In this document: positions 16,358 through 21,626 of the stretch, piece by piece
How positions within the stretch are numbered: position 1 is the stretch's first letter
Layout of the letters: each line of letters begins with the position of its first letter
Assembly (NCBI GenBank): GCA_044224875.1
Contig: JBGAJQ010000046.1
Coordinates: 1 to 21,626, forward strand
Source: Gemmatimonadaceae bacterium
GTDB lineage: Bacteria > Gemmatimonadota > Gemmatimonadetes > Gemmatimonadales > Gemmatimonadaceae
Reading direction: 5' to 3'
DNA: 21,626 nucleotides
Made by a program: the position numbers and the translations under genes
Notes under the pieces: generated by a model
What the model saw: the letters and a program-made list of their open reading frames with translations, nothing else
The model's database searches: none
What the model was told of the DNA's origin: nothing

Positions 16358-16794
16358 CAGGGCAGCTTAACGACGGTGAACCAGAAGTTTTCCACCGATC
16401 GGACGATCTCCTGAAAGGCATCGAGTCCGACTGGCTTGGTGATGTAGCAGTTCGCACCGAGTTCGTAGCTCCGCACGATGTCGGCGTCGGCGTCCGAGGA
16501 GGTGAGGATGACCACGGGAACGCGCTTCAACTCCTCCCGACCCTTCACGACGGCCAGCACCTCCCGCCCGTCCATCTTTGGGAGGTTCAAGTCGAGAAGA
16601 ATGAGGTCCGGGGTCTCTCGACGTTCATGCGGTCCCTGCTTCAGCAGGTAGTTGACGGCGTCTTCGCCGTCGATGGCGATGGAGATATCCACCCGTAACT
16701 TGCCGCTCTCCAACGTTTCGCGGGTCAGGTCAGAGTCCCCCGGATTATCCTCGACCAGGAGCACCCGTATCGGGCGGACTTCGGTGCGATTCAT
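16357..16794 (-). CDS. Single-domain response regulator, Rcp1 / bacteriophytochrome-RR-like
   Basis: LLVEDNPGD, PDLILLDLNLPKMDGREVL, ILTSS, SYELGANCYITKP, C-terminal FWFTVVKLP. ATG 16794 overlaps the upstream stop (ATGA). Confidence 0.92.
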   Translation of the reverse strand: MNRTEVRPIRVLLVEDNPGDSDLTRETLESGKLRVDISIAIDGEDAVNYLLKQGPHERRETPDLILLDLNLPKMDGREVLAVVKGREELKRVPVVILTSSDADADIVRSYELGANCYITKPVGLDAFQEIVRSVENFWFTVVKLP

Positions 16795-18251
16795 AACGTT
16801 GGAACCGTGGGGAGGGTGAAGTGAAACGTCGTGCCGACATGCGGCTGAGACTCCAGCCACATCGTGCCGCCATGCCGCTCGACGATTCGCCTGGCGATCG
16901 AAAGCCCTATGCCACTGCCCGGGTAGCGTCCCCGCTCATGTAGTCGCTGGAACATCTGAAACACACGCTCAGCATATCGCGGATCGATCCCGATGCCGTT
17001 GTCGCGCACCGAGAATTCCCACCGGTCCGCCGTCCTCAACGCACGCACCACGACGTGGGGCGTGGCATCCGAACGAAATTTGATGGCGTTGCCGATCAAG
17101 TTCTGGAACAGCTGAGCGAGCTGGACCTCGTCTCCCATGACCGTCGGCAAGTCGGCACCTTCGATCACCGCACCAGTCTCCACGATCAGGCGCTGCAGGC
17201 TCCGGGACACGTTCTCGACGACTGTCGCCACCGAGACGGGGGTCAAAGGCCTTTGTTGCAGGCCCACACGAGAGTACGCCAGCAGGTCGGACACCAACTG
17301 TTGCATCCGGCGGGCGCCGTCGGACGCGTAGTGAATGTAGGTATCTGCCTTCTCGTCCAGCCGCCCCTTGTACCGGTCAGCGAGGAGCTCGGTGTAGTTG
17401 GCCACCATTCGCAGGGGCTCCTGCAGGTCGTGCGAGGCAATGTGGGCAAACTGCTCGAGTTCCGCATTGCTGCGCCGCAGCTCAGCGTCCCGACGGACGA
17501 TTTCCGAGATGTCCCGAACGATGGAGGAAGCGCCAACGACTTCATTCGCCGCGTTGCGAATCGGTGACACCGTCACCGACACATCCACCTCTGGCCCGGC
17601 CTTCGTGCGACGCCGCGTCGTGAAGGGCTCCACCCGTTCATTGCGACGGATACTCGACAGAATGCGCGCCTCTTCGTCGGCCAAACGATCAGGCACGAGC
17701 AACATGATGTGCTGCCCGATGACCTCGGCGGCCGAGTATCCGAACAGACGTTCGGCGGAGCGATTCCAGCTGGTGACAATACCGTCGAGGGTCTTGGAAA
17801 AGATCGCATCGAGCGACGATTCGACGATTGATGCCAGCCGCTCCTGAGCGGCGATGGCGCGCTTCCGCTCCGTGATGTCGATGACCGACGCGAGGATGAC
17901 GCTGCCCTCGGCCGTCTGCATGGGACTCAATCCGATTTCGACCGGCACCTCGCTGCCGTCGGCGTGCTGGCCGAAGAGCTCGCGCCCCGCGCCCATCTGT
18001 CGCACGCTCGGCGCGGCGAAGAAGCGCCTAACGTCTTCTGCGTGCTGTGTGCGAAGACGCTCGGGAAGGAGGCGTCCAACGGGCTGGCCGACGAGCTGGT
18101 CGCGGAGGTAACCGAACAGTACTTCGGTCTGACGGTTGACAAAGACAATCGTGCCAGAGCCGTCGACCACCAGCATCGCGCTGGGTGCCGCTTCCACTAC
18201 GTGCTCGAAGGGCGGGGTGAAGCGGGTGGCTTCGTCCGCGAGGCGCGACAT
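16791..18251 (-). CDS. PAS-PAS-HisKA-HATPase sensor kinase (Cph1/bacteriophytochrome-like kinase core, no photosensory module)
   Basis: Two PAS/PAC domains; SNAELEQFAHIASHDLQEPLR; QLFQNLIGNAIKF; DNGIGI; FQRLH; GSGIGL. ATG 18251 is preferred to the ORF-track start at 18401. Confidence 0.92.
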   Translation of the reverse strand: MSRLADEATRFTPPFEHVVEAAPSAMLVVDGSGTIVFVNRQTEVLFGYLRDQLVGQPVGRLLPERLRTQHAEDVRRFFAAPSVRQMGAGRELFGQHADGSEVPVEIGLSPMQTAEGSVILASVIDITERKRAIAAQERLASIVESSLDAIFSKTLDGIVTSWNRSAERLFGYSAAEVIGQHIMLLVPDRLADEEARILSSIRRNERVEPFTTRRRTKAGPEVDVSVTVSPIRNAANEVVGASSIVRDISEIVRRDAELRRSNAELEQFAHIASHDLQEPLRMVANYTELLADRYKGRLDEKADTYIHYASDGARRMQQLVSDLLAYSRVGLQQRPLTPVSVATVVENVSRSLQRLIVETGAVIEGADLPTVMGDEVQLAQLFQNLIGNAIKFRSDATPHVVVRALRTADRWEFSVRDNGIGIDPRYAERVFQMFQRLHERGRYPGSGIGLSIARRIVERHGGTMWLESQPHVGTTFHFTLPTVPTL

Positions 18252-18530
18252 CACTCGCCTTCCCGCGCGGCGAAATGCGAGTCGCCACCGGAAACAACAA
18301 TGCATCGCGTAGTGCGAGGCTGGCGCCGTTCCTCCCGAAGTGCCACCTCCTCCGAAACACGGCGTGGCCCAGGACTGCGAACTGGCTTTTGCACGACTCA
18401 CCGCCTCCGTCGATCGTTGTTCCCACCCCCACCAAGCGGAACAATACCGACATTACCTGCGAAAGATCAAATGCTTTTTGTTGGACGAGACGGCGCCACA
18501 CGCCAACCCAAGGCGCGAGTTAAGACGCGA

Positions 18531-19838
18531 CTAATGATGGAGCTTTTGCTCCGTACCGGGATGAACCACAAAGCCATGTTCGCCGCGTCGCTTCGCGCAG
18601 TACATCGCTTCATCCGCGGCAGACAGGAGGCCAGCCAGGTCCTCTGCCGCCGTCGGGTAGAAGGCGATCCCAACACTCGCGGCGATGGGCAGTGTCTGCT
18701 CGCCTCTCGCGTAGGGTTCGTTGAGTCGATCCAGGATGCGCGAGGCGACTGTGGTCGCTGATGTGGCGCCGTGTGTGTCTTCCACCAGAATCGCAAATTC
18801 GTCACCGCCCAATCGAGCAACCACGTCGGAAGGTCGCACGCATTGTCCAAGGCGGTGTGCGACTTCGATAAGAATCGCGTCCCCGACGTGATGTCCAAAC
18901 TGATCGTTCACCGGCTTGAAGCCATCGAGATCGATGTACAGCAGGGCGAACTGGCTGCGGTGCCGCTTGGCCCGTGAGAGGAGTCGCTCCGCGTGGTCAC
19001 GAAAGGCAATCCGATTGGCGAGTCCAGTCAGCAGGTCGTGGTGGGCCAAGCGAGTCAATTCCATCTCCGCTCGCTTTCGCTCGCGTGCGTAGCGGATTGC
19101 CCGGTGCAACAGCTGGCCATCGATCCGACCTTTGACGAGATAGTCCTGCGCGCCCGACTGCACCGCTTGCAGGGCAAGGTCTTCACTCTCCAATCCACTC
19201 AGCACAATCAGCGGACTCCCTGGCGTCTGTCGCGCTAGGCGGCGGACGCAGTCGAGACCCGCGGCGTCGGGCAGGGACAAGTCAGTGATCACGATGTCGA
19301 CGGAGTGATGCTGGAGGAGTTCGACTGCGTCATGCAGTCGCGTAGCGCGCTCGATCCGGTAGTCTCCGGCATCCGCCAGGTACTCACAGATCAGGGCACC
19401 GTCGCCGTCGTTGTCCTCGATCAGGAGGGCCGTGCAGGACGTCGGCGTGTGGTGACGACTCGTTTGATCGGCCACCGGCGCGTCGACTTGGCGAACGGCC
19501 GCGAGCAGCTCATCCTCGTCCCAGGGCTTTCGCATCACCGAAATGACTGACGGGGTGTGGCGACACCCTTGGACCAGATCGAGTTCGTCGGCCCCGGTGA
19601 GCAAGGCGAACTTCGTCTCCGGACTCGCCGGTGCCATCCGGTCGATGAGTTCCAGGCCACTCACCCCCGGCATCATCAGGTCCGTGATCACGAGCGAAAA
19701 GCGGTTGTGCACCGACGACTGGAGCGCGGCCGCGGCCGACGTGACCCAATCTGAACGGTACCCATATGAATTGAGCAGTCGCGCGATTCCTCGAGCGACT
19801 GCAGGTTCATCATCGACAATCAGGATCCGAGTCGACAC
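18531..19838 (-). CDS. Diguanylate cyclase REC-REC-GGDEF
   Basis: Two REC domains; HDLLTGLANR, DLDGFKPVNDQFGHHVGD, RPSD I-site, intact GGDEF; GTG start with GGAG upstream. Confidence 0.92.
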   Translation of the reverse strand: MSTRILIVDDEPAVARGIARLLNSYGYRSDWVTSAAAALQSSVHNRFSLVITDLMMPGVSGLELIDRMAPASPETKFALLTGADELDLVQGCRHTPSVISVMRKPWDEDELLAAVRQVDAPVADQTSRHHTPTSCTALLIEDNDGDGALICEYLADAGDYRIERATRLHDAVELLQHHSVDIVITDLSLPDAAGLDCVRRLARQTPGSPLIVLSGLESEDLALQAVQSGAQDYLVKGRIDGQLLHRAIRYARERKRAEMELTRLAHHDLLTGLANRIAFRDHAERLLSRAKRHRSQFALLYIDLDGFKPVNDQFGHHVGDAILIEVAHRLGQCVRPSDVVARLGGDEFAILVEDTHGATSATTVASRILDRLNEPYARGEQTLPIAASVGIAFYPTAAEDLAGLLSAADEAMYCAKRRGEHGFVVHPGTEQKLHH

Positions 19839-19888
19839 GTGCGCTCCACCGCTTTCCAGTCAAGTATCGGCACGGCCGTGCCGTGAAG

Positions 19889-21626
19889 TTATCGCGCGTC
19901 GGTGAGCGCGTCGCCTACGATCTGGGTGAGACTTTCCGGCGTGAACGGTTTTCGCAGCAGTGCGAATGGCGTCCCGAAGGTTCCGTGCACACGCATCATG
20001 GCGTCGGGATGTCCGGAGACGAGGATCACCTTCAAGTCCGGGCGCTCGGCGAGGAGTCGTAGCCCCAGGTGTGGGCCGCTCTCCTTGTGCAGGACCACGT
20101 CGGCGATGAGCAGTGAGATGCTGGGGTCTTCGAGGAGGTGAGCATCCGCCTCCTCCGCCGTGGCCGCCACCGCCACACGATATCCGTGCCTAACGAGGAC
20201 CTTCCTGGCGAGCTCGCGCAGGGAGGCGTCGTCCTCCACCACCAGGACTTTCCGGCCACCACCCGGCGCCGGTGTGCGTTTGGACACCGGCTCGGGTCCG
20301 CGCACGCCGTCGTCGGCCAGGTGAAAGTGCAGCGCCAGGCTCGTGCCCTGGCCCACCGTACTCTCCAGGCGAATGTATCCACCGGCCTGCCCGACGATGT
20401 CATGCACCATCGCCAGCCCCAAACCCGTACCGCGGCCGGGCTCCTTGGTCGTGAAGAAGGGCTCGAAGGCCTGGCGTTGAACCTCCGCGGTCATGCCGAC
20501 GCCTGAGTCGGCCACCGTGAGTACCACCACTGGCCCAGTGGCACGGTCCCGAAGTCCGCAGGCAGACGGATGGTCCGGGCCAATGCGGCAGGTGCTGATG
20601 GACAAGGTCCCTCCCATGGGCATGGCATCCCGCGCATTCACCGCCAGGTTCACGATGATCTGTTCGAGCTGACCTCGATCCATGAGCACTCGGCACGGTT
20701 CGGGGCACACATCCACGGCGAACACGATGTCTTCAGGCATCAGGCGTTGGAGCATCGTACTCAGCCCGTCCACCACTTCGTTGACGTCCGCGACCGTTGG
20801 CGTCATGCCCTTCTTTCTGCTGTAGTCCAGCAATTGCCGAGTGAGCACCACGGCCCGTCCGGCGGCAGCGCGGATCGTCGCCACGTCTTCGCGGCACGCG
20901 TCCGTGGGGTGCAGCTCGGGGAGCATCAGGTCGCAGTATCCCAGAATGATGGTCAGCAGGTTGTTGAAGTCGTGGGAGACGCCACCCACGAGGCGCCCCA
21001 CCGTCTCCAGCTTCTGCGCCTGCAGGAACTGCTCCTCCAGCTTGTGATGGTTGCTGCTGTCGATCGACGCCGCCACGCAACGCGCCGGCTCCCCAAAGGC
21101 GCCTGGCAGCAGCCTTCCCGCCGACGTGACCCATCGCGTGGACCTGTCGGCCAGGAGGACACGATGCTGAATCGAGAAGTGCCCGTCCGACGACATGGCG
21201 CGTCGCAGCGCCTCAATGAAGTGGCGACCATCGTCTGGGTGGAGCCGCTTCACGAGGGCATCGAGCGTCTCTTCGTCATCGGCACTCATGCCATAGTGCG
21301 CGCGGGCGAGTGGCGACATGCGGAGGGCGCCCGTCGAAAACTCGAGGTCCCAGATCCCGACATTTGCGGTCTCGAGTGCCAGCCGGATGCGCTCCTCCGC
21401 GCAGCGAAGTGCCGTCAGCTCCGCGCTCGCATCCGTGATATCGATGCCCGAGCTGAGCGTGCCGATGTGATTGCCTTCCTCGTCGCGGACCGCGGTGTGG
21501 TGCCACTCGATCAGCCGTTGCGAACCATCACGGGCAATGAGGGTGCACTCCGTTACCACCACCGGATCGCGCAGCAGCCCTGCCAGAGTTCCGCTCTCGG
21601 CGTCCAGGAATTCCGGTGGCACGCAA
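19889..21626 (-). CDS. Hybrid histidine kinase (PAC/PAS)-PAS-HisKA-HATPase-REC, CckA-like; 5' end lies outside the window
   Basis: QAQKLETVGRLVGGVSHDFNNLL, NLAVNARDAM, DSGVGM, FEPFFTTK, GTGLGL and a C-terminal REC. The frame is open to the window edge. Confidence 0.9.
   Translation of the reverse strand, partial: CVPPEFLDAESGTLAGLLRDPVVVTECTLIARDGSQRLIEWHHTAVRDEEGNHIGTLSSGIDITDASAELTALRCAEERIRLALETANVGIWDLEFSTGALRMSPLARAHYGMSADDEETLDALVKRLHPDDGRHFIEALRRAMSSDGHFSIQHRVLLADRSTRWVTSAGRLLPGAFGEPARCVAASIDSSNHHKLEEQFLQAQKLETVGRLVGGVSHDFNNLLTIILGYCDLMLPELHPTDACREDVATIRAAAGRAVVLTRQLLDYSRKKGMTPTVADVNEVVDGLSTMLQRLMPEDIVFAVDVCPEPCRVLMDRGQLEQIIVNLAVNARDAMPMGGTLSISTCRIGPDHPSACGLRDRATGPVVVLTVADSGVGMTAEVQRQAFEPFFTTKEPGRGTGLGLAMVHDIVGQAGGYIRLESTVGQGTSLALHFHLADDGVRGPEPVSKRTPAPGGGRKVLVVEDDASLRELARKVLVRHGYRVAVAATAEEADAHLLEDPSISLLIADVVLHKESGPHLGLRLLAERPDLKVILVSGHPDAMMRVHGTFGTPFALLRKPFTPESLTQIVGDALTDAR

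Noticed and set aside
16791..18401. Calling the kinase a bacteriophytochrome
   Set aside because: No GAF/PHY domains or DIP motif; only the kinase core and partner regulator are Cph1/Rcp1-like.
17964..18761. 265-aa plus-strand ORF spanning the internal gap of the signalling cluster
   Set aside because: Mostly antisense to two real genes; Arg/Ser-rich with no domain signature.
1..21626. CRISPR arrays, tRNA/rRNA, IS elements, prophage or defence genes
   Set aside because: No regularly spaced repeats, RNA gene signatures, or transposase/integrase/nuclease motifs were recognised by eye.

Overview
GC-rich bacterial chromosomal segment with 17 clear protein-coding genes, the last truncated by the right edge, plus a possible short gene tail at the left edge. 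The PadR + ADOP permease pair and Tat-exported Gfo/Idh/MocA and GMC oxidoreductases suggest Gemmatimonadota or Acidobacteriota (inference). Left to right: Tat Gfo/Idh/MocA oxidoreductase; stand-alone lipoprotein di-haem bCCP/MauG-family enzyme with a MauG-type Tyr ligand motif; sarcosine-oxidase-beta-like flavoprotein; divergent glgC and glgA; PadR-ADOP operon with two palindromic operator-like boxes; two-subunit GMC sugar dehydrogenase; PaaI thioesterase; DinB protein; and a >7 kb minus-strand signalling cluster (hybrid kinase, REC-REC-GGDEF, PAS-PAS kinase, Rcp1-like REC, REC-PAS-HisKA_3 kinase, NarL-type regulator). No rRNA, tRNA, CRISPR, transposase or phage gene was recognised. Best candidates for undescribed biology are the branched signalling relay with a possible haem-PAS input, the orphan MauG-like enzyme and the PadR operator. 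Family calls come from motif recognition by eye; no searches were run.
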